Below are positions 27,788 through 38,728 of a DNA stretch of 64,000 nt, in pieces. Origin of the DNA: Verrucomicrobiales bacterium (GTDB lineage: Bacteria > Verrucomicrobiota > Verrucomicrobiia > Verrucomicrobiales > DEV007); the NCBI GenBank assembly GCA_037190325.1, contig JBBCIU010000023.1:29560-93559 (forward strand). The letters run 5' to 3'. The position numbers and the translations under genes were made by a program. The stretch's first letter is position 1. Every line of letters starts with the position of its first letter. Under the pieces are notes generated by a model. It made no database searches and was not told where the DNA came from. It saw only the letters and a program-made list of their open reading frames with translations.

Positions 27788-28738
27788 TCACCCTACCGGA
27801 AAACGCCGCTCCTCTCCTTTGAAGAACCGAGCGATCTCCCCGGCGGCCTCCAACCGGCCGCGTCGCCGCTGTTCCCGCGTCGCCCCGCCGATGTGCGGGG
27901 TGAGGACGACGTTCTCCATGGCAAGGAGCGCCTCGCTCACGGCGGGCTCCTCCTCGTAGACGTCGAAGGCGGCTCCGGCGAGATGTCCGGAACGCAGGGC
28001 CGCGACGACGGCGGCTTCGTCCATCGTCTTTCCCCGCGCGACGTTGATGAAGTAGGCCCCGCGCTTCATCTTCGCAAGGAGGCCGGCATCGACGAGACGC
28101 CGGGTGGCGGACGTCAGCGGCACGAGCACGACGATCCCGTCGGATTCGGGGAGGAGGGTGTCGAGAGAGCGGTAGCCGGGGTGGTCGTGGGGGGTGGACT
28201 TGGTATGGATCACCTCCATGCCGAAGGCGCGGGCGCGGGCTTCGACCATTTTGGCGATGCGCCCGTAGCCGATGAGCCCGAGGGTCCTTCCACCGAGGAG
28301 CGTCCCTTCCCAGCGCAGCGGTTCCATACCCCTCCGTGCCCATTCGCCGGTGCGGACGAAGCGGTCGCCCTCGGCGATGCGCCGGGTCAGGGCGAGCATC
28401 AGTCCGAGGGTGTGGTCGGCGGTCGATTCGGCGAAGGCATCGGGCGTGTTGCTCGCAGCGATGCCGCGGCGGCTCAGTTCGGCGAGATCGAGGTTGTCGA
28501 TGCCCATGGCGGCGTTGGCGACGAACCTCAGCGACCTCGCGGCGTCGAGGAACTCGGCGTCGACGCGCAGCTCGCCTTGCGAGAGGACGGCGGCGCAATC
28601 GCCGATCCGTTCGAGCACCTGGGCCCGCGGCGCGGCGCGGACGCCGTTGTCCGGCATGACGATCTCGGCGAGGCCGTCGAGCGGGGAGAGATGGTCGAGG
28701 GGAATGTGGACGGTGACGAAGACGCGGGGCAGGGACAT
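27788..28738 (-). CDS. D-isomer-specific 2-hydroxyacid dehydrogenase (glyoxylate reductase-like)
   Basis: LGLIGYGRIA; FINVARG; FDVYEEEP; LTPHIGGAT. Confidence 0.92.
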   Translation of the reverse strand: MSLPRVFVTVHIPLDHLSPLDGLAEIVMPDNGVRAAPRAQVLERIGDCAAVLSQGELRVDAEFLDAARSLRFVANAAMGIDNLDLAELSRRGIAASNTPDAFAESTADHTLGLMLALTRRIAEGDRFVRTGEWARRGMEPLRWEGTLLGGRTLGLIGYGRIAKMVEARARAFGMEVIHTKSTPHDHPGYRSLDTLLPESDGIVVLVPLTSATRRLVDAGLLAKMKRGAYFINVARGKTMDEAAVVAALRSGHLAGAAFDVYEEEPAVSEALLAMENVVLTPHIGGATREQRRRGRLEAAGEIARFFKGEERRFPVG

Positions 28739-28781
28739 TCGTGAATGAACACGAATCCCCGCGGGGGAAAACGGGTTTTTC

Positions 28782-29402
28782 TCACTTCGCCTTTCCTGCC
28801 TTCACCGAGACGCCGGGGTGGTCCTTGGCGAGGAAGCGCCATTCGAGCTCCTTTCCCGACGAGATGCCGATGCGCCGGTCGGCGACGACCTCGGGAATGG
28901 CGGTGCCCCGGGGGAGGAGGAGGGCGAACTCCGGACGATCGAGGAGGGAGAGCCCATGGAAGGAGCCGTCGATGCCGAGGGCGGCGGTGAGCTTGCCGGG
29001 ACCGGAGCAGAGCCGCCGGGGATCGCGGGTGCGGCGGCGTGCTTCCATCGTTTCGATCCCCTCGACGGCTTCGAGGGCGCGGAAGAGGACGAATCCGGCA
29101 TGCCCCGTCTCCCGGTCGAGGCACAGGACGTTGACGAGCCAGTGGACGCCGTAGTTGAGAAAGACGTAGGCGGTGCCGACCGGGTGGCGGCGGGCGAAGT
29201 CGCGCGCCGAGGGGCGGGTGAAGAGGTGGCTGGCGGGATCGCCGATCTCGCTGTAGGCCTCGGTCTCGAGGATGCGGCCGCGGCAGGGACCGCAAGCCAG
29301 TTCCATGCCGATCAGTTCGCGGGCGCAGAGCCGCGGGTCGCGTTCGAAGAAGGCGGAGGGAAGGAGGTTGAAAGCTTCGGCGCTCATCGGGCGGGCGTTC
29401 AC
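28782..29402 (-). CDS. mpg: 3-methyladenine DNA glycosylase (AAG/MPG family)
   Basis: GRILETEAY; AYVFLNYGVHWLVNV; VLFRALE; LCSGPGKL; RIGIS; GTG start overlaps SDR stop (alternative ATG at 29387). Confidence 0.92.
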   Translation of the reverse strand: MNARPMSAEAFNLLPSAFFERDPRLCARELIGMELACGPCRGRILETEAYSEIGDPASHLFTRPSARDFARRHPVGTAYVFLNYGVHWLVNVLCLDRETGHAGFVLFRALEAVEGIETMEARRRTRDPRRLCSGPGKLTAALGIDGSFHGLSLLDRPEFALLLPRGTAIPEVVADRRIGISSGKELEWRFLAKDHPGVSVKAGKAK

Positions 29403-30196
29403 CGCCGTGCCTGCGAGAGGGGCATGGCGCGGCAGCGCCCGGTGGAGATGCCGCCGTCGATGAGGAGGGTCTGGCCGGTCATGTAGCGGCTCGATTCGGA
29501 GGCGAGGAAGATGACGGCCCCGTCGAGGTCGGTCTCCGCGCCGGGACGTCCGAGACAGATGCGCTCGCTGATGTAGTCGACCCATTCCCGGTCAGCGTAG
29601 AGCATGCCGTTCTGCTCGGTCTGGAACCAGCCGGGAGCGAGGCAGTTCACGGTGATGCCGTGCGGTCCCCAGTCGTCGGCGAGGGCCATGGTCATCTGCT
29701 TGACGCCGCCACGGCTCGCGCCGTAGGGGGCGAGCCCGGCGTAGCCGGCGACGCAGGTGACGGAGCCGATCGTGACGATGCGCCCGTAGTTGGCCGGGAT
29801 CATCGCCTTCGCGGCGACGGCCTGGGCGAGGAAGAAGGACCCCTTCAGGTTGGTGTTCACGACGTAGTCCCAGTCCTCCCAGGTGACCTCGACGGCGGGC
29901 TTGCGGCGGTTGCAGCCCGCGTTGGCGACGAGGATGTCGATGCGTCCCATGGCCGCGAGGGCTTCGTCGACGGCGGACTGGATCGAGCCGTGATCCGTCA
30001 CGTCGAGGACGAGGGGGAGAAAGCAGCGCCCCATGGCCTCGATTTCGGCCTTGGTCTCGTCGAGGGATTCGAGGGTGCGGCTCGTGCCGACGATGTCGGC
30101 GCCGGCGCGGGCGAGGGCTCGGGCGAAGCGGCGTCCGAGACCGCGCGAGGTGCCGGAGATGAAGGCGGTCTGGCCGCCGAGGTCGAATTCTTTCAT
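29399..30196 (-). CDS. Short-chain dehydrogenase (gluconate 5-dehydrogenase/KduD-like)
   Basis: ISGTSRGLG; ANAG; YGASRGG (Arg at the usual catalytic Lys position); NCLAPGW. Confidence 0.9.
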   Translation of the reverse strand: MKEFDLGGQTAFISGTSRGLGRRFARALARAGADIVGTSRTLESLDETKAEIEAMGRCFLPLVLDVTDHGSIQSAVDEALAAMGRIDILVANAGCNRRKPAVEVTWEDWDYVVNTNLKGSFFLAQAVAAKAMIPANYGRIVTIGSVTCVAGYAGLAPYGASRGGVKQMTMALADDWGPHGITVNCLAPGWFQTEQNGMLYADREWVDYISERICLGRPGAETDLDGAVIFLASESSRYMTGQTLLIDGGISTGRCRAMPLSQARR

Positions 30197-30280
30197 CGGA
30201 AGGTGAGGAGGAAGAGGAGGGGATTGAGAATCGGAGCGCAGCGTCGATAGACGGAGCGGAGTGAAGTCAAATCGAGGCGG

Positions 30281-31312
30281 TCAGGGTTTGAGGATGACTT
30301 TCAGGAGTCCTTCGGTGTTCCGGTGCAGCCGGTCGAACCAATCGCCCCCGTCCTTCAGCTCGGCGACGGCGGAAATGAGCGGCTCGACCTGGATCCGGCC
30401 GCTGGCGACGGCCTCGACCGCCTCGGCGTATTCGCCGGCGGAGGCGCAACTGCCGAAGACGCTCAGCTCGCGCGTGACAAGGGCCTGGAGGGGAAAGGGG
30501 ACCTCGGCCTTCAGGTTGCCGACGCAGCTGATGCTGCCGCCCTTGCGGACCGATTCGACCGCGAGCTTGATGGTGGGACCGAAGCCGACCACTTCGATGG
30601 CGTGGTCGGCTCCGTCGGGATTGCCGACGAGTTCACGCACCTGCGCGGGCACTCCGTCGCCGGAGGCGAGGGTGGCGTCGGCGCCGAGCTCCTTGGCGAG
30701 GGCGAGGCGCTTCTCGTCGATATCCACGGCGACGACGAAGCCCGCGCCCTTCGCCTTGAGGGCCTGCACGACGAGCAGCCCGATCAGCCCCGCCCCGACG
30801 ACCACGGCCGAGTCGCCGGACTTCAGCGGCAGGCGGTTGACCCCGTGCAGGGCGATGGAGACGGGCTCCGCGAAGGCCGCGTGCTCGTAGGACAGATCGC
30901 CGGGAATGGCGTAGAGGATGTGCTCCGGCACCCGCACGTATTCGGCGAAGGCCCCGTGGCGGCGGTAGTCGCCGCAGGAGACGCCGAGGACGTTGCGGTT
31001 CGGGCAGAGGTTGACCTGTCCGGCGAGGCAGGCGGGGCAGGTGCCGCAGTAGACGGTGGAGTCGAAGGTGACGCGGTCGCCGATCTTCCATTTGCGCACC
31101 GCGCCGCCCACCCGGGCGATGTCGCCGGCGGCCTCGTGGCCCATCACGATGGGGGGGATGCGGCGGCCCGAGCTGCCGTCCATTCCATGGATGTCGGATC
31201 CGCAGATGCCGCAGGCCTTGACTGCGACGAGGACTTCGTTCTCCGCGATCTCGGGGTCGGGCGCGTCGCCGTATTCGAACTGCCCGTAGGCGGTGAGAGT
31301 GAGGGCTTTCAT
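30281..31312 (-). CDS. Zinc-dependent polyol/sugar dehydrogenase (MDR family)
   Basis: CGICGSD; GHEAAG; CGTCPAC...NLC; VVGAGLIG. Confidence 0.92.
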   Translation of the reverse strand: MKALTLTAYGQFEYGDAPDPEIAENEVLVAVKACGICGSDIHGMDGSSGRRIPPIVMGHEAAGDIARVGGAVRKWKIGDRVTFDSTVYCGTCPACLAGQVNLCPNRNVLGVSCGDYRRHGAFAEYVRVPEHILYAIPGDLSYEHAAFAEPVSIALHGVNRLPLKSGDSAVVVGAGLIGLLVVQALKAKGAGFVVAVDIDEKRLALAKELGADATLASGDGVPAQVRELVGNPDGADHAIEVVGFGPTIKLAVESVRKGGSISCVGNLKAEVPFPLQALVTRELSVFGSCASAGEYAEAVEAVASGRIQVEPLISAVAELKDGGDWFDRLHRNTEGLLKVILKP

Positions 31313-31398
31313 TGGAGGAAATTGGGACTTGAAGCGAACTCGTAAGCGCAAGAAGGTGCCGCATCAATCCAGAATCCCGACGTCCCTCCGATCCCGCC

Positions 31399-31785
31399 AT
31401 GACGCCCGTGCTCCGTGCGCTCTGCCTGGTCCTCCTTGCCCTCCTGCTCGCGCAGTGCGAGACGATGGAATCGGGTGCGTCCGGTGCGTCCGGCTCGATC
31501 ACCGTGCAGGGCACCTTGTTCTACCCCGACGAAAAGGGCATGACCTACCGGGTTCCCGCCGGGGCCCAGATCATCGGGGCGGGCGGGGTCGACTGCGTCT
31601 ACATCGTCGAGAACGGCGGCTCGGTCGTGGCCCATTCGGGCAAGGGGAACAGCTTCCGGGTGAAGAGCGGGGGGCATTTCCGCGGCTTCGCCCATCCCGC
31701 GACCGATTGCACGGTCACCTACGAGGCCGGCGCCATCATCGAGCAGGAGCAGGTCGGGCCCGGAACGAGATTCGTGGGTTCCTGA
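31399..31785 (+). CDS. Small hypothetical (lipo)protein
   Basis: Hydrophobic signal ending LLAQC; Gly/Val-rich beta-type repeats. Confidence 0.65.
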   Translation: MTPVLRALCLVLLALLLAQCETMESGASGASGSITVQGTLFYPDEKGMTYRVPAGAQIIGAGGVDCVYIVENGGSVVAHSGKGNSFRVKSGGHFRGFAHPATDCTVTYEAGAIIEQEQVGPGTRFVGS

Positions 31786-31891
31786 TCCTCTGCTGCGACG
31801 GCCGCGCCCGTGGAAGGAGGGCCATGGCGCCCGACAAAGGAGGTGAACGTTTCTTGACTTTCCGAGGAGTCGGGCGAGAAATAGGGACTAC

Positions 31892-33232
31892 GTGACCGAT
31901 ATCGTCGTCATTTTTCTCCTACTGCTGCTCAACGGAATCTTCGCCATGGCGGAGATCGCCCTTATTTCGGCTAGGCGCAGTCGTCTCACGCTTCTTGCCG
32001 ACGCAGGAAGGAAAGGCGCGAAGCTGGCCCTGAAGCTGGGTGAGAACCCGGAGCGTTTTCTCAGCACGGTGCAAGTCGGCATCACGCTCGTCGGCGTCCT
32101 TGCCGGGGCCTACGGCGGCAAGAGCCTGGCTCCCTACGTGGCCCCCTACATCGAGCAGGTGCCTGCCCTCGCGCCCTACGCGGACCGGATCGCCTTCTGG
32201 GTCGTCGTCGTCCTCATCACCTACTTCTCCCTCGTCGTGGGCGAGCTCGTGCCGAAGGGGCTGGCCCTGCGCTTCCCGGAGACCATCGCCTCCGCCATGG
32301 CCCGGCCGATGCAGATCCTCTCGGTCGTCGCGAAGCCGCTCGTGTCCTTCCTCGAGCTGAGTACGAAGCTCCTTCTCAAGCTCTTCGGGAAGCCGCCCCA
32401 GGAGCAGGAGGGGGCCGTCGCCGCCGATGTGGAGGTCATCCTGCGCGAAGGCATCGTCACCGGCATGGTGAAGCAGGAGGAGTCGGAAATGGTCGAGGGG
32501 GTCTTCGATCTCCGCGCAGTCCTTGCCGAAGAGGTGATGCAGCCCCGGCCCAGCATCCTCTTCCTTTCCCACGACGCCGCTCCCGAGCACTACTGGCCCC
32601 AGGTGGCGGCGACGAACCAGACCGTCTTTCCCGTCTACGAGGACAACCGCGACTCCGTGACCGGCCTCGTGTCCCTGCGGATGCTTTTCGCCAATCTCGC
32701 CGCTCCCCGGTCGAAGCCGCTGGGCGAGATCTGCCGCGAGCCGCTCTTCGTCTCCGAGACCCAGTCGGCCCTGTCCCTGCTCGACACGCTGCGCCACTCC
32801 AGCCTCGGCGCCGCGCTCGTCGCGGACGAGTTCGGCACGGTGCGGGGCCTCATCACCCTGGAGGACCTCGTCGAGGAGGTGGTGGGCGAGCTGCGCCCCG
32901 GCGACATGCGTTCGGACCGTCCCGGCATCCGCGAGGTGTCCGAAGGCTCCTGGCTGGCCGATGGGCTGGTCGAGGTCGATGCCGTCGAGGAGGCCATCCC
33001 CGGCTTCTCCATCCTCGCCGACGCGGAGAAGGAGCCCTTCCAGACGCTTGCCGGCTACATCGTCCACCGGCTCGACCGCCTGCCTGCGGAGGGCGAATCC
33101 TTTTCCGCGGGGGAGTTCGAGTTCGAGATCGTCGACATGGACCGCCAGCGCATCGACAAGGTCGCCATCCGGCGCGTCCTCGCGGGAGAGGAAGGCGAGG
33201 AGTCTAGGACCCTGGCCGCCGAAGAGGCCTGA
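31892..33232 (+). CDS. CNNM/TlyC-CorC family protein (DUF21-CBS-CorC)
   Basis: NGIFAMAEIALIS; FLSTVQVGIT; GELVPK; VADEFG...GLITLEDLVEEVVGE; DRQRIDKV. Confidence 0.92.
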   Translation: MTDIVVIFLLLLLNGIFAMAEIALISARRSRLTLLADAGRKGAKLALKLGENPERFLSTVQVGITLVGVLAGAYGGKSLAPYVAPYIEQVPALAPYADRIAFWVVVVLITYFSLVVGELVPKGLALRFPETIASAMARPMQILSVVAKPLVSFLELSTKLLLKLFGKPPQEQEGAVAADVEVILREGIVTGMVKQEESEMVEGVFDLRAVLAEEVMQPRPSILFLSHDAAPEHYWPQVAATNQTVFPVYEDNRDSVTGLVSLRMLFANLAAPRSKPLGEICREPLFVSETQSALSLLDTLRHSSLGAALVADEFGTVRGLITLEDLVEEVVGELRPGDMRSDRPGIREVSEGSWLADGLVEVDAVEEAIPGFSILADAEKEPFQTLAGYIVHRLDRLPAEGESFSAGEFEFEIVDMDRQRIDKVAIRRVLAGEEGEESRTLAAEEA

Positions 33233-33296
33233 TCCCGCCGGAGCACGGAGGTACGCCCTTGACCTCCACCTCCAGTCCGGCCTAAGCTCGCGGAGT

Positions 33297-33947
33297 ATGA
33301 AGCTCCCCCTCCGCCTCCTCGTTCCCCTCTGTGCCGGCCTCGCCTTGGCGGGCGAATCCGTCTCCCTCTTCGACGGCAGGACCTTCGCCGGCTGGACGGG
33401 CCAGGATGGTGCCGAGCCGGGCCCCGGCTGGACCATCGCCGAAGGGGAGCTGCGCCTCGACGGCAAGGGAGGAAACCTCCTCTCCGACAAGGAATACTCG
33501 GATTTCGACCTCGAATGGGAGTGGACGCTCGCCGAAGGCGGCAACAACGGCCTCAAGTACTGGGTCACCAAGGTCGGCGACAAGGAATGGCTGGGCATCG
33601 AGTATCAGATGCTCGACGACGAGAGGCACCCGGACTCGAAGAACGGCGCCAAGCGGCTCACGGCTTCCTTCTACGACATCCAGGCGCCCGATGCGAAGAC
33701 GAACGTGAAACCCGCCGGCGAATGGAACCACAGCCGGGTCGTCGCGAAGGACGGCAAGCTGCAGCATTGGCTCAACGGCGAGCTCGTCGGCGAGGCCGAC
33801 ACCGCCTCCGAGCAGTGGAAGGCCAATCTGGCCGCGAGCAAGTTCAAGGACAAGGAAGGCTTCGCCCCGGGCCGGGGGCGCCTCATGCTCACCGACCACT
33901 CCGACAGGACCGCCTACCGCAACCTCCGCATCCGCGAGCTGGATTGA
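33297..33947 (+). CDS. DUF1080 (3-keto-disaccharide hydrolase family) secreted protein
   Basis: SLFDGRTFAGW; GNNGLKY; EYQMLDD; GEWNHSRV; YRNLRIREL. Confidence 0.9.
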   Translation: MKLPLRLLVPLCAGLALAGESVSLFDGRTFAGWTGQDGAEPGPGWTIAEGELRLDGKGGNLLSDKEYSDFDLEWEWTLAEGGNNGLKYWVTKVGDKEWLGIEYQMLDDERHPDSKNGAKRLTASFYDIQAPDAKTNVKPAGEWNHSRVVAKDGKLQHWLNGELVGEADTASEQWKANLAASKFKDKEGFAPGRGRLMLTDHSDRTAYRNLRIRELD

Positions 33948-34010
33948 AGGAGCCTCGAGCAGGGGAGGCTTCCCGGCCCGACCCTGTCGTCTATGCCGTG
34001 AGTCGGGAAA

Positions 34011-34097
34011 GGAGCGCGGGCATTCCAGCCCGCAGCCAAGGAGTCCTGGCGGCGAAGCCGCATGAGTTCCGAGGTGTGGACAAGCTATCCGCGCTCC
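34011..34097. repeat. REPIN-like element: two hairpins inside ggagcgcgg/ccgcgctcc termini
   Basis: ggagcgcgggcattccagcccgc ... gtggacaagctatccgcgctcc, between convergent genes. Confidence 0.65.
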
Positions 34098-34113
34098 TCT
34101 CGGCTCGAGACCC

Positions 34114-35385
34114 TCACTGCGAACCGAGGCAGAAGAGGTGGTCCACCCCCCGGATGAGGAGGCGGTCCCGCACCGGCACGGGCGCGGCGGCGACGAGTTC
34201 GCCCATTTCGTTCTGCGAGAGCACTTCCATCCCGGCCTCGGCGATCTTCACGACGGCGACCATGCCATCCTCGCGGACGCAGTAGAGCAGATCGCCGGCG
34301 AGCACCGGGGAGGAGTAGTAGTTCGACGAGGCGCGGGGAATGGCTCCCTTCCAGATGTCCTTTCCGGTCTTGGCGTCGAGGCAGTGGATCGCGCCGCGGT
34401 CCGAGAGGACGTAGACGCGACCGTCGCGCCCCACGGGCGAGGGGCAATCCGCCCCCAGATCGCTCCGCTCCCAGAGGCGGGCCGTCCCGGTGATGTCGCC
34501 GTCGCCGCCCAGCTTCACGCCGGCGGTGAATTTGGTCCGGCCGTAGGGCACCACGGCGATCCCGTCGACGATGCCGGGCGAGGCGATGACCCGCCACATC
34601 GGCTTGTCCTCGGGGTTGAAGCCGCCGCACGTCCAGAGCGTCGCGCCGCTCTTCGGATCGTGTCCGGTGAGGTGGTCGGCGCCCCAGACGACAAGGGTTT
34701 CCCGCCCGTCCACGTCCGCGACATAGGGCGTGGTGTAGGATTGGCCCGACTCCTTCTGCACGGGGAAGGTCCGGTCCACCTTCCAGACGACCTCTCCGTC
34801 GGCGGGGTTCAGGGCGACGAGGTAGGATTCGCCTTCCTGCATCACCGCCACGACGATGTGGCCTCCGGCGAAGACGGGGGAGGTCCCGAGATCCCACCAG
34901 AGGGTGTCCTCGCCGAAGCGCTCCTGCAGGTTCACCGTCCAGTTCACCTTTCCGTCGAGGCCGAGCGAGGCGACCGTGCCGCTCTTGTAGTAGACGACGA
35001 GCCGCTCTCCGTCGACGATCGGCGAGGGGTTCGATCCGCTCCCGTTCTTGTGCTTGCCGGGGCGTTCGGGGCCGAAGGTCGCGCGCCAGATTTCGGCGCC
35101 GTTCCAGTCGTAGGCGATCGCGCCGTCCTGCCCGTCGATCCCGCAGGTCACGAAGATGCGGTCGCCCCACACGACGGGCGTGCTGCTGCCGACTCCGGGC
35201 AGCTTCGTTTTCCAGAGGAGGTTTTCCGAGGGAGAGAATCGGATCGGGTACTGCCCCGGCTGAGCGAGGCTGGTGCCCTCCGGTCCACGCCATTGCGGCC
35301 AGTTCGCGGCAGGCAGGTCGCCAGGAAGGGAGGCGGCAAGGGCGAGGAAGGCGGTGGAGCAGGCGAGGGGGAGGGACGCTTTCAT
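34114..35385 (-). CDS. PQQ-like beta-propeller (BamB-like repeats)
   Basis: ANWPQWRGP; SSTPVVWGDRIF; repeated G...W units; SSPVL; start 35385 or 35400. Confidence 0.88.
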   Translation of the reverse strand: MKASLPLACSTAFLALAASLPGDLPAANWPQWRGPEGTSLAQPGQYPIRFSPSENLLWKTKLPGVGSSTPVVWGDRIFVTCGIDGQDGAIAYDWNGAEIWRATFGPERPGKHKNGSGSNPSPIVDGERLVVYYKSGTVASLGLDGKVNWTVNLQERFGEDTLWWDLGTSPVFAGGHIVVAVMQEGESYLVALNPADGEVVWKVDRTFPVQKESGQSYTTPYVADVDGRETLVVWGADHLTGHDPKSGATLWTCGGFNPEDKPMWRVIASPGIVDGIAVVPYGRTKFTAGVKLGGDGDITGTARLWERSDLGADCPSPVGRDGRVYVLSDRGAIHCLDAKTGKDIWKGAIPRASSNYYSSPVLAGDLLYCVREDGMVAVVKIAEAGMEVLSQNEMGELVAAAPVPVRDRLLIRGVDHLFCLGSQ

Positions 35386-35640
35386 GACGATCCGGAACAT
35401 ACGCGAAAAGTGGCGCGGGAAAACTCCGGCCCACCCCGTTTTCGCGTCCGCGGCAAGGTCCCCTTTCGAAACGCCTCCCCCTCGTCCGAGGCAGCGTCTG
35501 CAAAGGGGAGCTTGTGGAAAGGGAGCCCTTGGCCGGAAAAGGGTAGTGAAAGATTTTCACGGAATCCCCGTAGTTGTCTGGTGAAAGCGGCGCTTCCTTG
35601 CGCTATCGTTGGAAACCACACGAAACCGCCATTGTCCCGA

Positions 35641-36489
35641 ATGTTCCTCCTCCGTTGCCTGGCGCTTGGCGCGCCGATGTTTCTCGCGTCGTGCATCATC
35701 ATGCCGACGAACACGCATTGGGATCAACGCCGTTCCCTCGCCAAATACGATTCCATCGGGATCGACGCGCCGGTGAGCCTGCCGGAGCTGAAGAACCGCA
35801 CCGACAAGGGCTTTTCGGCGCCGGATTTCCTCACGCTGCATTCGGGCCTGATCGTGAGCGGAAAGTACATCGACGAGGACTTCAAGACGAAGCTTGCGAC
35901 GAGCCGCGACTCCCAGGAAGGCGTACTGGAGCTGGGCTTCTCCGTGCCCATCGCGAAGGGAGGGTCGGGGTTCGGAAGCTGTGCCCCGATCACCGCCGAC
36001 GGGTACTTCCTGACGGCGGCCCATGTCCTTTCCCACAAGGACAGCTACGTGCTCTACGCGACCTCGAACCGCCAGAGAACCTACATCGACTATGCTCCGG
36101 TGCGCGAGGTCTACCGCAACGACGCGGCCGATTTCGCGATCGTGAAGGCGGAGATCTCGACGCCGCGCTATCTGCGGTTCCGGCAGGAGCCGCTTTCCGA
36201 AGGCGACACGCTCTTCGCGGGCGGCTGGATGCACGAGAAGGCGGGCGGGGAGTTCCTCGAATCTCTCCCCGTGGAAGGCGAACCGGACCATTTCCAGAAG
36301 ATCGTGACGACGCTGCCGATGATCAAGGGCGACAGCGGCTCTCCGCTGATCGATCGCAGCGGTCGCCTCTGCGGGGTCCTCAGCACGATGCGTCTCGGGA
36401 TCGTCGTCAAGATGAAGCCCAAGTCGACCGCCGTGCGCCTGGCTCCGGCGGAGGTGGAGAGGATCATCCGGCAGGACAGGGGGAGGTGA
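35641..36489 (+). CDS. Trypsin-like serine protease, probable lipoprotein
   Basis: Triad motifs LTAAHV, DFAIV, GDSGSP; FLASC lipobox. Confidence 0.85.
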   Translation: MFLLRCLALGAPMFLASCIIMPTNTHWDQRRSLAKYDSIGIDAPVSLPELKNRTDKGFSAPDFLTLHSGLIVSGKYIDEDFKTKLATSRDSQEGVLELGFSVPIAKGGSGFGSCAPITADGYFLTAAHVLSHKDSYVLYATSNRQRTYIDYAPVREVYRNDAADFAIVKAEISTPRYLRFRQEPLSEGDTLFAGGWMHEKAGGEFLESLPVEGEPDHFQKIVTTLPMIKGDSGSPLIDRSGRLCGVLSTMRLGIVVKMKPKSTAVRLAPAEVERIIRQDRGR

Positions 36490-36540
36490 GCCTGCCGCCC
36501 TCGCCCGTAATCCTGCCTCCTGCGCAGCGTCGAGCAGACT

Positions 36541-37809
<1,269 letters not shown>

Positions 37810-37872
37810 GGTAGAGAAGTAAAGGAAGAGAGGAGCAGAGAATGCGGATGGGGAGTTTCTGGCTTTCGACGA

Positions 37873-38721
37873 TCAACTCTCGGCGAAAAGAAATCGCTCG
37901 ATTCCATCGAGGTCTTTGCGGATTTCGGTCTTGCGGAAACCGAGGTCGTCGGCGCAACGCCGCAGGGCGGGGGCCTGGTCGATGCCGAACTCCATCGCGA
38001 CCACGCCGCCGGGGCGGAGGTGGGAGCTGGCTTGGGCGAGGAAGCGCTCCATGATTTCGGTGCCACGCTCGCCGCCGTAGAGGGCGAGGGCGGGGTCGCG
38101 GCGGACTTCGCGGCTGAGGAGGGTCTCGGCGGCGGCGGGGATGTAGGGAAGGTTGGCGGCGACGAGGTCGAAGCGCTCGCCCCCGAGGGACTCGAAGAGA
38201 TCGCCCTCGACGAAGCGGAGGGGCACGTCGGGCGGGAGGAGGCGGGCGGCGTTCTCGCGGGCGAGGGCGAGGGCGTCGGGCGAGAGGTCGGAAAGGGTGG
38301 TCCGCACGCCCTGTCCGGCGAGGTGGTGGGCGAGGGAGAGGCCGATCACCCCCGAGCCGCAGCCGAGGTCGAGAATTTCCGCATGGTCCGGCCAAGGACG
38401 CGCGAGGAGGAGATGGACGAGCTCTTCGGTTTCGGGACGCGGAACGAGCGCCCGGGCGTCGCTGAGGAAATCGAGGTCGCAGAACTCGACCGTGCCGAGG
38501 AGGTGCTGGAGCGGCTCGCCCTTGCCCCGGCGGACGGTCAGGCCGCGCAGGACGTCGATGCGGTCTTCCGGCAGGGGGCGGTCGAAGTCGAGGTAGAGCC
38601 GCATCCGGTCGATCCTGAGGACGTGGGCGAGGAGCCGCTCCATGTTGAGCCGGGCTTCGTCCACTCCGTGCTTCTGGAGATACTCGGTGCCCTTCTTCAG
38701 CGTATCCAGGATCGTGGCCAT
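37873..38721 (-). CDS. prmC: Release factor glutamine methyltransferase
   Basis: GEPLQHLLG; LVPRPETE; LDLGCGSG; NLPY. Confidence 0.94.
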   Translation of the reverse strand: MATILDTLKKGTEYLQKHGVDEARLNMERLLAHVLRIDRMRLYLDFDRPLPEDRIDVLRGLTVRRGKGEPLQHLLGTVEFCDLDFLSDARALVPRPETEELVHLLLARPWPDHAEILDLGCGSGVIGLSLAHHLAGQGVRTTLSDLSPDALALARENAARLLPPDVPLRFVEGDLFESLGGERFDLVAANLPYIPAAAETLLSREVRRDPALALYGGERGTEIMERFLAQASSHLRPGGVVAMEFGIDQAPALRRCADDLGFRKTEIRKDLDGIERFLFAES

Positions 38722-38728
38722 GCGTCGG

